Of a stretch of DNA of 64,000 nt, positions 1 to 10,260 are shown in pieces. Source of the DNA: a virus; the IMG/VR virus record IMGVR_UViG_3300043425_001673, positions 30,772 to 94,771 of that record. One strand, 5' to 3'. Both the position numbers and the translations under genes were made by a program. The stretch's first letter is position 1. Every line of letters starts with the position of its first letter. The notes under the pieces were generated by a model. It saw nothing but the letters and a program-made list of their open reading frames with translations, was not told the origin of the DNA and did no database searches.

Positions 1-1656
1 TCGGTATCCGGGGGAACCATCAAGCGTGATGGTTTGGATTGGAGCGTTCCGCTTGTCACTGTCGGCCAATTTGTTCGGGTTGGCTTTGCCTATAATGCGG
101 CTGAAAACTGGGTTGATACGACTTTCAGTTCGGCATCGGTTACGCTTGGTGCGCTCACCGATCCTGGGGTTCTCCTTGATGCTCTTACCGGAACCAAGAT
201 CGGTTACATTGACCTTGAGAGTGATGGAGTTTCCAGCTTCAAAACGCCGAATTCGGTGTCAGGTTACATCGAAAACGCTGTGTCGGGTGTTCCCTATATC
301 TTCCGCTTTTTGAGCGGCGGTGGAACCGGGACGGGCACCGGGGATGCATCGACAATCAGAACGGCGCTGGAAAACCAGCTGCAGGAATCGACCTATGATC
401 TTTTGACAGCTGTTGATTTTGCCATTGATGAGGATGCCTTTGTTGACTTGGCATCGACAGGGATCTATTCCAATCGCAAGTTTGTTCTTGCCGTCTCAGG
501 CGACACATTTGAATCCATCAATTTGTTTGATGCTTCAGAATATTTGGCTGATCCGACCATTCCATCAAAGATCGACATCACAGCCTTCTGGGATGCGCTG
601 GCGATAGACGCCGATGCCGTTTACGAAGTCAGCCGTGATGGTGGGGTTGATTGGCAGACTGTTTCCGGGATGGAGCGGGTTGGTGTTGCGACGAATGGTT
701 TTGTCGGAACCCATATCTTTGATTACGGGACCGATTCGACCTTCACATCCAACACAGCCGCGCAAACCAGCGGCTATGAGATGAACAGCACAAGCCAGAC
801 CACCTATCAGGACAGTTTCGCTGTTCTTGAGTCGTCGGTAATTCGCCGGGTTCAGCTTTTGAACTTTGTGAAGACGGGAAGTCCGGTTGGAAATCTGTAT
901 GTCGATATTTGTGCTGATAACGGCGGGAATCCTGGCAACGTTCTGGCCACGTCCTCGGGTGTCGCGGTGTCCGGTCTTTCCTCGGGAACGGTGACGATTG
1001 ATGTATCGGAAGCGGCTTTGGTGGATGGAACCTACTGGGTTGTGGTGCGTACCGATGCCGTTTACAAATCCAGCTTCTCGGCAGGTGTTACGAGCGTCAC
1101 GCTTTCCTTGAATGCCAACGGACTCAGAGGCAATTATCAGGGCTATGTGCTTGACCTTCGGCTTCGGATCACTTCAGCAAATCCGAATGTGAACCTGACT
1201 GGCTTCGGTGTCTTTTACATGCAGTCGATCGGAACCGTGCAAGGCGGCTCGATCAAAAAGGATACGAAGATATTTAGAACGACTGAAAACCTCAATGAGT
1301 TCACGCTGAACTTCATCGCTGATCCTGATCTTTTGAAGTGTTATCACATCGAAACCGGACAGGTTTATCACCATCCGGCTTTTGCGCTTTCCGGTTCGGA
1401 TGTGACTTTCCCGGTCAACACCTTTCAATCCATCTCTGATGAGCAGGTCACGCTTCTTTTCCTTCAGGTTGAAGGATCAAGCTTTGACAATAGCGACCTG
1501 AATGCAGCGCTTCTGGCTGCAAACTTCCTTGGATCAACGGATACTCTCGTGGATCGAAGTTCAAGCGGTCGCGGTATTTTCCTGAGAAGACCTGATGGGA
1601 CCTTGAGGGAAATCACAATCGACAATAGCGACAACATAGCTGTCTATAGCGTTTAA
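1..1656 (+). CDS. Virion structural protein (tail fibre/baseplate-associated), 5' partial
   Basis: Frame is open from base 1 (SVSGGTIKRDGLDW...). The protein is G/S/T/V/D-rich and beta-type, and lies upstream of fibre genes. Confidence 0.65.
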   Translation, partial: SVSGGTIKRDGLDWSVPLVTVGQFVRVGFAYNAAENWVDTTFSSASVTLGALTDPGVLLDALTGTKIGYIDLESDGVSSFKTPNSVSGYIENAVSGVPYIFRFLSGGGTGTGTGDASTIRTALENQLQESTYDLLTAVDFAIDEDAFVDLASTGIYSNRKFVLAVSGDTFESINLFDASEYLADPTIPSKIDITAFWDALAIDADAVYEVSRDGGVDWQTVSGMERVGVATNGFVGTHIFDYGTDSTFTSNTAAQTSGYEMNSTSQTTYQDSFAVLESSVIRRVQLLNFVKTGSPVGNLYVDICADNGGNPGNVLATSSGVAVSGLSSGTVTIDVSEAALVDGTYWVVVRTDAVYKSSFSAGVTSVTLSLNANGLRGNYQGYVLDLRLRITSANPNVNLTGFGVFYMQSIGTVQGGSIKKDTKIFRTTENLNEFTLNFIADPDLLKCYHIETGQVYHHPAFALSGSDVTFPVNTFQSISDEQVTLLFLQVEGSSFDNSDLNAALLAANFLGSTDTLVDRSSSGRGIFLRRPDGTLREITIDNSDNIAVYSV

Positions 1657-1671
1657 TAGGAAAGCAAAAAT

Positions 1672-3990
1672 ATGGCAAGAGCACTTGTTGGAAATCTTGG
1701 TGAGACGGTTTCAAAGATCAGTGAATCATTCACTGATCTTCCAAAGATAAATGTTCCACTTACGAATATTGTGAATCGGGGACAAATCACAGACTTTGCG
1801 AATGATGGTCTGCCAAAGTTTGCAATTGAAAGAGTAAATATTCAAACGATCGTTGAAGTTCATAATGAAAGCGGTCCTGCTGGGCAAAAAGTATGGAAAG
1901 CAGTTAATGATATTCATGATCAAATCCGCTTTTATGGACCTTGGACGAATCCTGTTGATGTAAACGGCCAAAGACCACAAGGCGCATCAGGTGCTGTATG
2001 TGAGATCACATTTTATGGAACTGGATTAAATCTTCTTCGTTATAACGACAGTTCAAACAGAACTTTTAGTTATAGTGTTGATGGTGGTGCCTCAAACAAC
2101 GTAACAGGCGCATGGTCTGATGCCATTCTTGCAAGAAGTTACAATCCCAACATAGTATTCAATCTGACTTCAAATCTTACTCTTGGCTGGCATACTGTTA
2201 TACTTACCAGTTCCAGTAATGCTCTTGGTGTTTTTGGATTTGAAGTCATTAATTCAAGTGCAAATATATTTCTTCCGACTACCACAACTTATTCTGCTGG
2301 AAAAAAACTTTCAGCAGCATCAGGAACGACTGCTTATAATTCAGGTTTTGAATCAGGAACACTCGGGACTCGTGGTGGTCATGTTTTAGTTTATCAAAAA
2401 TCTGATGGAACAATTGCCAAAGCGGTAACTCCAACAAACGCAAGTGCGGCTTATCTATCCAGTGCTGACCACACCAATGAGGAAATGATAAGAAGATTAA
2501 ATCCAAGAGAATTTGGCGCTGGAAGATCCGATGATTTTTCGACTGTCACCATGAATGGAAGTGAAGTTCTTGCCTTCACTCTCGATGACGGAACTACAAC
2601 GTTGATGTCATCAGGGGCATATTTTAACAGTTCTCATCAAGGTTATCTGGGTAACAACACGGTCGGGGTGTATTTTACTCTGACATTTGTTGGAACTGGT
2701 CTTGATATAACGCATTTCCCTTTTAATACAACAGGCACTCAGACATGGTCTGTGACAATTGACGGCGTGGCTCAGGGAAGCTATGATGTCACAGCTGATT
2801 CAGGTTTGATTAAGAAATATAAAATTTGTTCCGGCCTTCCCTATGGCACTCATAATGTTCGCATCACAACAACAGCAAATCCTGCAGGCGCTCAACTATT
2901 TACGTATTTCGATATTTATGCTCCAAAAACACCTACACTCCCATCCGGTGCTGTAGCTCTCTGTGATTATTTTATCATGGCGGATTTTGCTGCAAACAGC
3001 ACGGCTGGTGTTGAGCGAATATCATCAGGTGTTTTGAGAAAAGTTTCCACGCGAGAATTCACTTATGTAAATGGCACGGGTGGAACAGTGGATTGGCAAG
3101 TTGGTGGATCACCTTTTACAAGTAATATTGGTGGTCCTCAGCTTGAGACAAACAGACAAAACGCATATTTTGAATATACGTTTTTTGGAACTGGTTTTGA
3201 TTATAGGTTCCCTTCTATTTCCAGTGGCTCAGCAAATATTCAATTATCTTTGCAGAGTCTATCGACAGGTGGATCGCTTCAGAATTTGACCACCGCAAAT
3301 TTCCCGACTATTTCTTCATCAGTTTATGGGACTGGCGCAGCTTTTAATGCAGCAACCGGCGTTATGGATCAGCTGGATGCTTCAAACACTGTTGGTTGTG
3401 GAATCGTAATATCAGGATTACCTTTAGGGTTATACAAAATAAGATTTTTGAATAATACTGCTAGTTCGTATATTGTTCCCAGTGTTCTTGATATTATCAC
3501 GCCTATACATGCTCCGAAGGAAATTGGCCCTTCAAGATTGCAAAACATTTCTTTAATAGGATCTAATGCGATCCGTGATCTTAGAAATTTTTCCTCTTTG
3601 ATAATAGCTAATCAAAGTTCTTTATGTCAGGCCATAGGGATTGTTTCAGCGCCAACTACTACATCTGGTTCTGAAGTTCCTTTAAAAGATTCATGTGTAG
3701 TATTGAAAACCACAGGAAAACCTGTTTTTGTAGTTTTTGATGGGATTTTCACAAATAATTCAGTTGGTCAAACAACTGATGTTCTCCTTTATGTAGACGG
3801 AATTGGTGTTGGAGCTACAAGACGCCAAGCGATGCCAGCAACAAGTGGTTATCGGTCTGTGGTATCTTTTTCATATATGCTTGAATTGTGTGCTGGAACT
3901 CATAAAATTGATGTTTATTGGGCAGTTTCAGGAGGAACGGGTACGGCTATTGGTGGCAATAGAACTTTGATTGCGAGAGAAGTTCAGTAA
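1672..3990 (+). CDS. Tail fibre / receptor-binding-like protein (paralog of 41441..43741)
   Basis: 772 aa with repeated beta-sandwich units (TFxGTGL...VDG...GL..G.H.V); collinear with 41441..43741. Confidence 0.7.
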   Translation: MARALVGNLGETVSKISESFTDLPKINVPLTNIVNRGQITDFANDGLPKFAIERVNIQTIVEVHNESGPAGQKVWKAVNDIHDQIRFYGPWTNPVDVNGQRPQGASGAVCEITFYGTGLNLLRYNDSSNRTFSYSVDGGASNNVTGAWSDAILARSYNPNIVFNLTSNLTLGWHTVILTSSSNALGVFGFEVINSSANIFLPTTTTYSAGKKLSAASGTTAYNSGFESGTLGTRGGHVLVYQKSDGTIAKAVTPTNASAAYLSSADHTNEEMIRRLNPREFGAGRSDDFSTVTMNGSEVLAFTLDDGTTTLMSSGAYFNSSHQGYLGNNTVGVYFTLTFVGTGLDITHFPFNTTGTQTWSVTIDGVAQGSYDVTADSGLIKKYKICSGLPYGTHNVRITTTANPAGAQLFTYFDIYAPKTPTLPSGAVALCDYFIMADFAANSTAGVERISSGVLRKVSTREFTYVNGTGGTVDWQVGGSPFTSNIGGPQLETNRQNAYFEYTFFGTGFDYRFPSISSGSANIQLSLQSLSTGGSLQNLTTANFPTISSSVYGTGAAFNAATGVMDQLDASNTVGCGIVISGLPLGLYKIRFLNNTASSYIVPSVLDIITPIHAPKEIGPSRLQNISLIGSNAIRDLRNFSSLIIANQSSLCQAIGIVSAPTTTSGSEVPLKDSCVVLKTTGKPVFVVFDGIFTNNSVGQTTDVLLYVDGIGVGATRRQAMPATSGYRSVVSFSYMLELCAGTHKIDVYWAVSGGTGTAIGGNRTLIAREVQ

Positions 3991-4017
3991 AAAAATTCCA
4001 TTTTATGGAGCTATGAA

Positions 4018-4821
4018 ATGGGTCAAGTATTAACAGCCGATAATATTCCCGATCTTGTTATTGCATCCACCACGACGATTACCATGGCAACGACATACCT
4101 TGGTAAATCGACACGAATCACGATCGGTGGTCAGCAATACAAATATTCTTCGCTCACGACATTGAATTTTGGGACGACTGGATTCAATGGCCTTGATACA
4201 GGTTCCATTGCATCCAACACTCTCTATTATATCTATGCGGTTCAGTCGGCTGGAACGCCTGGACTTGTGGCCTCGCTTGCAGCACCAACGGTAGGACCGA
4301 CTGGTTTTACAGCATGGAAGGAAGTTGCAAGGTGTAGAACGCTTTACACGGCAGCGACTCTTGCAGCTGTCGCCAATAGGGTTGGTGGTTCATCGCAGGC
4401 GTTAATTTCATCAAAAACATTTTTTACGCCTATTTTAGGTGGGACAAGTGGCAACGGATCAGGTCTTTCTCTTTCTCAGAATGGATCATTTTATACTCGA
4501 AGCGGTGAGTTGGCTGATGTTTGGATAGAATTGGTAATGTCAGCAGTTTCTGTGGCTCCTACAGGATTTTTAACTTTAGGCATACCAAACGCGACTCCAA
4601 ATCTGGTAACAGGTTCCAGTACAGTCCATGTTGGATCAGGTTATTTTCAAGACAATAGCGGTGGGTTGAATTTAGGTGACTGCCCAATATATGGCGACAA
4701 CACGCCTAGAGTTTACATTTCGCAAAACAACAACACAGCCACACCTTCATTGGCGGCGAATGATATTGTTCGGATTTCTTATACAATACCTATTATTGAA
4801 TGGTCTGGTCTTTACACCTAA
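4018..4821 (+). CDS. Tail fibre-associated protein
   Basis: T/G/S-rich; GLDTGSIASNTLYYIYAV and YTRSGELADV segments typical of fibre proteins; tail context. Confidence 0.6.
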   Translation: MGQVLTADNIPDLVIASTTTITMATTYLGKSTRITIGGQQYKYSSLTTLNFGTTGFNGLDTGSIASNTLYYIYAVQSAGTPGLVASLAAPTVGPTGFTAWKEVARCRTLYTAATLAAVANRVGGSSQALISSKTFFTPILGGTSGNGSGLSLSQNGSFYTRSGELADVWIELVMSAVSVAPTGFLTLGIPNATPNLVTGSSTVHVGSGYFQDNSGGLNLGDCPIYGDNTPRVYISQNNNTATPSLAANDIVRISYTIPIIEWSGLYT

Positions 4822-4844
4822 AAAGAATTGGTAGGTTAAAAACT

Positions 4845-6173
4845 ATGTCGATAAACGCAAAATCCGTAAAATCCATTCGTAAAAAGGATTTGAGCACACA
4901 AAAGACTCCTTTTGTTGCATTCAAATCCTTCAGCTTTGCTCATGAAGCAACAGCTGGTCAAACAGTTATCAGTCTTACATCTCTGAGCACACCAAGCAGT
5001 CTTTCATCTCAAGGCTTTTTGCAGCCTTCAGCTTCTGATTTGGCAGCTGCAAATCTTCTCATGTATAAGCGAAATCTCAGACTCCAATCAAGTCTGAGGG
5101 GAACTCTTATCGAGTATGATTCCTATCGTATCGTTGGTAGCAGCACGATTCAGCTGACTTTTGAAGCCGAGTCGGGGGAAATATTTGTTGGCGTTATCTC
5201 TGACATTGCGAAGTCCGGTCTTCAGGTTATTGATGCCAATACGCTTGTTGCCACAGGAACACTCGCAGCAGGTCAGACTGATTTTGTGGTTGGTCAATCC
5301 TTTGCTCTGAATCAATATCCTTTGAAGCAGGTTGGCGATGTCCTGGTCTTTCTGGATGGTGTTCAACAATTCCGCAATGTCGGAAATGCAACAGCATCTG
5401 TGAGTGCTGATGGAAATTATCAGGAAGTTGATGGTGGACAGGGATTAAGCAATACGATCAGGTTCAATATCGTTGATCCTTTAAATGATCGCTCAATTCT
5501 TGTCGTAAGCAACGGAACTTTGGCTGAAAGACCTGAAGGAAGTATGCGGGCTGAGATTGAAAGCCTTGCTGCTCAGGTTGATTCGGTGATTGAAACGCTT
5601 GCCGTTGTCGCAGGAGTGCCTGAGTCTAATTTTCAGAGTGCTCCGAATCAGGTCGATCTTCAGACGTTTGGTCAAAGGGTAATTAATCTTGAATCAAACC
5701 GGGCTCGGATCGACCAAACAAATACCTTTTCTGTTTTTCAGAATATCCCTGGAAGAACTGATGGATTAGCTGTTTCTGCTGGTTTTCCAGGGGAACATAT
5801 AATTGCTGCTGTTACCAACGCAACAACTCCTGGAACAGGTTCTGGTTTTGCTAGTGTGGTATGCAGGACTTTGACTTTGAACAAAGGTGTTTATCTAATT
5901 TTGTCTCAATTCAATCCGTCTGGTTTTGGAGGTAATACTGGATTGACAGTAGTTTCGATTGCTGCTGGTGTTGGAAGTCCAACTTTGCTCGGCTGCACGT
6001 CATCGACAGCTTATAGTCCAGGCGCGGATATTACCAGGGCTTCTCATACAGCATTTTGTATTGTTAATACAGACAACTCAACTGTAACACAATCAGCCAG
6101 CGCATCAACGGGCTCTACTATTTCAGGGACTGTGACTTTGGGTGGTGCTTTGGTAGCTGTCCGAATAGCATGA
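4845..6173 (+). CDS. Virion structural/tail protein
   Basis: AGQTVIS/AGQTDF repeats and VLVFLDGVQQ motif; C-terminal GRTDG..AG..GE fibre-tip motif. Start chosen at ATG 4845. Confidence 0.6.
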   Translation: MSINAKSVKSIRKKDLSTQKTPFVAFKSFSFAHEATAGQTVISLTSLSTPSSLSSQGFLQPSASDLAAANLLMYKRNLRLQSSLRGTLIEYDSYRIVGSSTIQLTFEAESGEIFVGVISDIAKSGLQVIDANTLVATGTLAAGQTDFVVGQSFALNQYPLKQVGDVLVFLDGVQQFRNVGNATASVSADGNYQEVDGGQGLSNTIRFNIVDPLNDRSILVVSNGTLAERPEGSMRAEIESLAAQVDSVIETLAVVAGVPESNFQSAPNQVDLQTFGQRVINLESNRARIDQTNTFSVFQNIPGRTDGLAVSAGFPGEHIIAAVTNATTPGTGSGFASVVCRTLTLNKGVYLILSQFNPSGFGGNTGLTVVSIAAGVGSPTLLGCTSSTAYSPGADITRASHTAFCIVNTDNSTVTQSASASTGSTISGTVTLGGALVAVRIA

Positions 6174-6212
6174 AGAACCTAAAGGCAACATAATAAAAAA
6201 TAAGGAACGAAT

Positions 6213-6812
6213 ATGGGTGAGCTTGTAAGAAAACCAGCTTCATCGACTGCATCGGGTGAACTAACTGCTGGCACGCAGACAATATATGGTGCAAAAAGTT
6301 TTTCAGGAGCCATAACACCATTAGGTGGAATTATTGGCAAGACTGATGGTATTGCTGTTGATAGTCTTAAGGTTGGCGAACAGTTGACCGCCAGCCGCAA
6401 TTCTTTTTATGGTTTGCCTTCTCCTGTTATAAATACTTTGTATGATATTCCTTCTCTATCTATTTCTCTTACTGCTGGTGTTTGGGCTTTATCATTGAAT
6501 GGTGGTGTGATTAGAGGTGCTGGAAGCACCAATAACTTTACTGTCGCTGCTACTATCAGAGACGGCAGCAACAATGTTTTGGCCTGTATTGAATCGACTT
6601 CAAATGCAATTACAACAGCAAACTCTGTTTCTTTGTCGGGTTTAAATACTATCGTGACGACAGCCACAAATTTGACAGTAAAAATTTCAGGCGGGATTTT
6701 TCAGACTGGCGGTTCCCCTCCAACAGGTATCAGTGGTGATTTTGTTCTAAACGCTGGTGGAATTTCTGCAATCATATCTGCAGTTGTGTTTCGAGCTACA
6801 AGACTTATCTGA
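6213..6812 (+). CDS. Short tail fibre-like protein
   Basis: QTIYGAKSF fibre motif; GKTDGIAV..VGE segment shared with the C-terminus of the upstream gene. Confidence 0.55.
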   Translation: MGELVRKPASSTASGELTAGTQTIYGAKSFSGAITPLGGIIGKTDGIAVDSLKVGEQLTASRNSFYGLPSPVINTLYDIPSLSISLTAGVWALSLNGGVIRGAGSTNNFTVAATIRDGSNNVLACIESTSNAITTANSVSLSGLNTIVTTATNLTVKISGGIFQTGGSPPTGISGDFVLNAGGISAIISAVVFRATRLI

Positions 6813-6818
6813 GGGTAT

Positions 6819-7121
6819 ATGGCTTATCTTGAAGGTCCAAGAGATCCGAAAAACATCATGCAGGTCCAGCAATTCGTTGCTGAGCCTGATGTTGATATTT
6901 ATATTGGATTGAATGATGTTATTCTTTTAATGCCTATTTTCAAATGGGATGCAGAGAATCTTCATTACATAGATGCCACAGGTGATTATGATTTATGCAT
7001 GAGCGAGGATGGTTTGAAGTATAAGTTCATCAATCGTCGCAGTGAAACGATTCGCTTTGCCTATCGGTATTTGCCGGGTTATTGGCTTGCAAAACGCATA
7101 AACGTATCAGGAAGGCCATAA
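6819..7121 (+). CDS. Hypothetical protein (possible fibre assembly factor)
   Basis: 100-aa ORF with GAGG RBS, tightly packed in the tail operon. Confidence 0.45.
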   Translation: MAYLEGPRDPKNIMQVQQFVAEPDVDIYIGLNDVILLMPIFKWDAENLHYIDATGDYDLCMSEDGLKYKFINRRSETIRFAYRYLPGYWLAKRINVSGRP

Positions 7122-7124
7122 ATC

Positions 7125-7880
7125 ATGGGTGTGGCTCAATCCCTTGCCAGTGTTCTTGGTATCAGTGACTCAGTGGTTCCCGTTACTGCTGGGATAGCGG
7201 AACTTGATCGTAAATCGCAGCGTGAGGTTCCAGGAAGCATCCAGGCGTTTCAGTATTTTCCTGAAACGATATCGGATACCAAGGCTGCAGATTGGGTGAG
7301 AAAGAATGTTCCCGGTGGTTCGCATCCCATTTTGAGTTTCATAAATGGTGGTGAGCGCACCTTATCTTTTACGGTTGTTTTCACGCAGGAAGAGAATCCC
7401 GAGGAAGTTTCGACAATCGCAAGCCTTTTGACAGGTAAGTTTGAGTTGTTCAAGGAAAGCAATCGTAAGGATACGGAAAAAAATCTTGCGGGAGCTATAG
7501 CATATTTGCGTGGTTTCACATATCCTGATTATGTGCAGGGAGTCAGCAAGTCACCGCCGTTTGCGATCGTTTATCTGCCAAACAGTGGAATAACCTCACA
7601 GCAGGGTTTTGAGGATTCCATTGTCGGTGCCATGGTGCAGTGTGATGTGACTTATGAAAAATTTCATAGGAACGGTGCTCCGAGATATGTTGCCATGCAG
7701 CTAAGCTTTGTTGAAATTGTTCAGACTTCCGAGAACTGGAAGTTTATTGGCAGAAAAGACCTTAAGGCTCAGTATGAAGGCAGGCAATATAAAAGGGCTA
7801 TGGTAGGTTTGAAGGCTGGGACCAGTAATAATCCCGCTCAAAGCGCCTTGGATGCAGTTACAAAGGCATTTTCAAAATGA
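7125..7880 (+). CDS. Contractile tail tube-initiator / CIS tube-like protein
   Basis: FQYFPETISDTK...VPGGSHPILSFINGGERTLSF matches the pattern of CIS-tube / gpU-like baseplate proteins. Confidence 0.65.
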   Translation: MGVAQSLASVLGISDSVVPVTAGIAELDRKSQREVPGSIQAFQYFPETISDTKAADWVRKNVPGGSHPILSFINGGERTLSFTVVFTQEENPEEVSTIASLLTGKFELFKESNRKDTEKNLAGAIAYLRGFTYPDYVQGVSKSPPFAIVYLPNSGITSQQGFEDSIVGAMVQCDVTYEKFHRNGAPRYVAMQLSFVEIVQTSENWKFIGRKDLKAQYEGRQYKRAMVGLKAGTSNNPAQSALDAVTKAFSK

Positions 7881-7921
7881 TCGTGTTCGCGTGAACCAAT
7901 AGATGGAGAAAGGGACAGAAG

Positions 7922-8239
7922 ATGATTTACATCTACGCCGCCTTGTTCTCATTGATTCATGGTTCATTGGCTTTGGCTCAGGAAACAAGTGAAGCTGTTC
8001 AGCAGCAGGTTCAGCAGGTTGGTTTAGGTGAAATTCTGCTTCCTTTCTTGCCAGCTGGCACAGCAGAGACTTTGGCCATTGTGTTTGCGACTGTTGGCGC
8101 TTTGAATGCGACCTCCATTGTCCTTGAAAAGGTAGCAGCCAAAACTGCGACCAAGAAGGATGATAAGGCGGTAGCCAAATTAAAAAGTGGTATCGTCACC
8201 GTTCAAAAAGTTTTAAACTTTTTCATTGCCAAGAGATAA
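7922..8239 (+). CDS. Small membrane protein, holin-like
   Basis: Hydrophobic segments, KTATKKDDK motif and basic C-terminus; last gene before a terminator. Confidence 0.4.
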   Translation: MIYIYAALFSLIHGSLALAQETSEAVQQQVQQVGLGEILLPFLPAGTAETLAIVFATVGALNATSIVLEKVAAKTATKKDDKAVAKLKSGIVTVQKVLNFFIAKR

Positions 8240-8273
8240 GACTTCGTTCTTGAAAAGTGTTAAGGGTGATAGG

Positions 8274-8300
8274 AACCACGTTTGTTAACGTGGTTTTTTT
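8274..8300 (+). terminator. Rho-independent terminator ending the tail operon
   Basis: AACCACGTT-TGTT-AACGTGGTT followed by a T run. Confidence 0.75.
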
Positions 8301-8534
8301 CTTTTCATTATTGAAATTTTAGGCCATAACGTATGCAAGATTTCGATTTCAACCAAAAAGATGGTTTGTTCCTTGTGGGTTTGCCTGATCAGCAGCTGGT
8401 TCTTTTGCAGGCTTTGTCAGAGAAGCTTGGGAGCGATATCCCGACGATTATGGCAAAGAGTTTCATCTTTCTTGCAAAGCATGTTTTGTCTGATCAGGAG
8501 CGACAGGAACTTCAAAAAAAGATGAGGTAACGAA

Positions 8535-8867
8535 ATGGCAATTACAGGAACAGGCAAATGGACCAAAGGTGCAGTCACGACAAGTGTTGATGATCGTGAT
8601 TATTTCAGTGGTATGCTCACCATATCGAACACAACCTATACGACAGCGCAAACCTATGAGTTTGGTTTTTCCGCACCAGAGGTTCATGTTGTGAATACCT
8701 CGGCAACGCAATTGGTCTTTCAATGGCTCTCAAGATCAGGTCAGGCGGTTGACAGTGGTGTGGTTCCTGGCAACGGTTCCCTCATATTGAGAAATGCCAA
8801 CAAGCAGGGAATCCGCCTTCGTGTGGAAGCAGGTTCAGCGACCTGTTACGTCATGGCTTGCGGCTGA
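8535..8867 (+). CDS. Small beta-rich protein, probably structural
   Basis: 110-aa T/G/V-rich ORF. Confidence 0.4.
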   Translation: MAITGTGKWTKGAVTTSVDDRDYFSGMLTISNTTYTTAQTYEFGFSAPEVHVVNTSATQLVFQWLSRSGQAVDSGVVPGNGSLILRNANKQGIRLRVEAGSATCYVMACG

Positions 8868-8870
8868 AAA

Positions 8871-8888
8871 ACTGAACTTGAGTTCACA
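8871..8888. promoter_or_regulatory. 18-bp palindromic site, copy 1 (ACTGAACTTGAGTTCACA)
   Basis: Lies between stop 8867 and ATG 8890; matches six other copies. Confidence 0.8.
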
Positions 8889-8889
8889 C

Positions 8890-9288
8890 ATGATTTTGAT
8901 AGGCCATAGGAAGTCAATTCCTGACGCTGTATGCCTTTCGGTTGAAGAGTATATCCAGCAAAAGCTGTCATATCCTGAGATGATCGCTCGTGGTGAGCCA
9001 TTTATCTTTGGAGTCAATATTCCTTTGATCTATGCTTTCGGACCTAGAACCTATTGGCGCGTCAAGGGTATTGATTTTGCGATTTATGGACAGGCTTGTG
9101 ATCCCGAGGACTATGAGGAAATGGAAGACATCCTGGATATGAGACGCATCGGCAATATCTATGGCCGATGGTATTCGAGATATCAAAAGGATGGTGAAGC
9201 AGGTTATCAAATGTTCAATACAGTTGAACAGATTGGTTATAACGAGTTTGCGAAAGCAATAGACCGATATGAGAAGGGTTATGATTAG
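8890..9288 (+). CDS. Hypothetical protein
   Basis: ORF fills the gap between neighbours; start re-chosen at ATG 8890. Confidence 0.55.
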   Translation: MILIGHRKSIPDAVCLSVEEYIQQKLSYPEMIARGEPFIFGVNIPLIYAFGPRTYWRVKGIDFAIYGQACDPEDYEEMEDILDMRRIGNIYGRWYSRYQKDGEAGYQMFNTVEQIGYNEFAKAIDRYEKGYD

Positions 9289-10258
9289 TCAAGATTATTT
9301 GGCGATGCTTGAACAAAGAGAGTGTCGCGGCGGCTGTGGGCTCAAGTTCAAGGTTCTTCCGCAAAGCAAGCAGCAGTATGCTCGCAGCAATTGCGAGTCC
9401 TATTGCAAGGATTTCAGAAAGAAGGACTATCATCCTGCAGATCCCATACCGAATACGACTCTTGAGCCTCAACTGAAAAAAGAATTAAGAATAGTCACTG
9501 AACAGGTGATTGAAGAAAAAACAGTGGTTAAGCCATTGCCTGATGAACAGCCAATGACTGAAACAAAGCCGCTGATCGAAAAGGAAAAAGTAATGCTTGC
9601 CAGGGAAACTCCAAAAGAAACCAAAGCCATTAAAAAGCCTAAAATTGAAGTCGCTGAGCCTGTGGACCTGGATAGAAAAATGCCGGAAAAAAAACCAATT
9701 TCAGCATCTGTCACGGCTTCAAACAAGAGTGTTGTTTCCAAGGTTACAAAGGCAAGACAGGCCATTTGCAAAATTTGCATTGATGATGCAAAAAAACTTT
9801 CTGCAAATGTTCAATCGCTATCGTCAAAGATGGAACTTGTCTATCTATACAATACCTATCGTGAGTTCAGTGAGGACGAAAAACCATTCCTTGAAGCTGT
9901 ATCTTTAAAGGCTGAAGAGTTCAAGAAATGGCAGCAGGTTTATTCGACGATTTACGAAAGACTCACAGTCAAAGAATGGGTTTTAAAATATCCTGTTGAT
10001 GATCTTTATGGATTGTGTAATCAGATAGATAAGGATCATTCTGAAGAAAAAATCAAAAGCATTGTAGAAGAAAAACTTTTTGGGAATTATAAGCTGGCGA
10101 TTGATCATTCAGACAAGGCACTCAACAATCTTTTGTCCTTCTATGAAAAGGTTTCCTTTGAACTTCTTGATGATCAGTCTCTTGACAGCACATATACTCT
10201 CGTCAAAAGGCTTTACAATCGCTTTAGATCACAGATAGATAAAAAGAGGAAGAAGTAA
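9281..10258 (+). CDS. Hypothetical protein with N-terminal Cys4 (CxGGC...C...C) module
   Basis: N-terminal 33 aa align without gaps to the same module in 56913..57782. Confidence 0.65.
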   Translation: MISQDYLAMLEQRECRGGCGLKFKVLPQSKQQYARSNCESYCKDFRKKDYHPADPIPNTTLEPQLKKELRIVTEQVIEEKTVVKPLPDEQPMTETKPLIEKEKVMLARETPKETKAIKKPKIEVAEPVDLDRKMPEKKPISASVTASNKSVVSKVTKARQAICKICIDDAKKLSANVQSLSSKMELVYLYNTYREFSEDEKPFLEAVSLKAEEFKKWQQVYSTIYERLTVKEWVLKYPVDDLYGLCNQIDKDHSEEKIKSIVEEKLFGNYKLAIDHSDKALNNLLSFYEKVSFELLDDQSLDSTYTLVKRLYNRFRSQIDKKRKK

Positions 10259-10260
10259 AC

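Noticed and set aside
7885-7896. GTTCGCGTGAAC as a further palindrome copy
   Set aside because: The arms are in the opposite order (GTTC...GAAC) and do not match the consensus.
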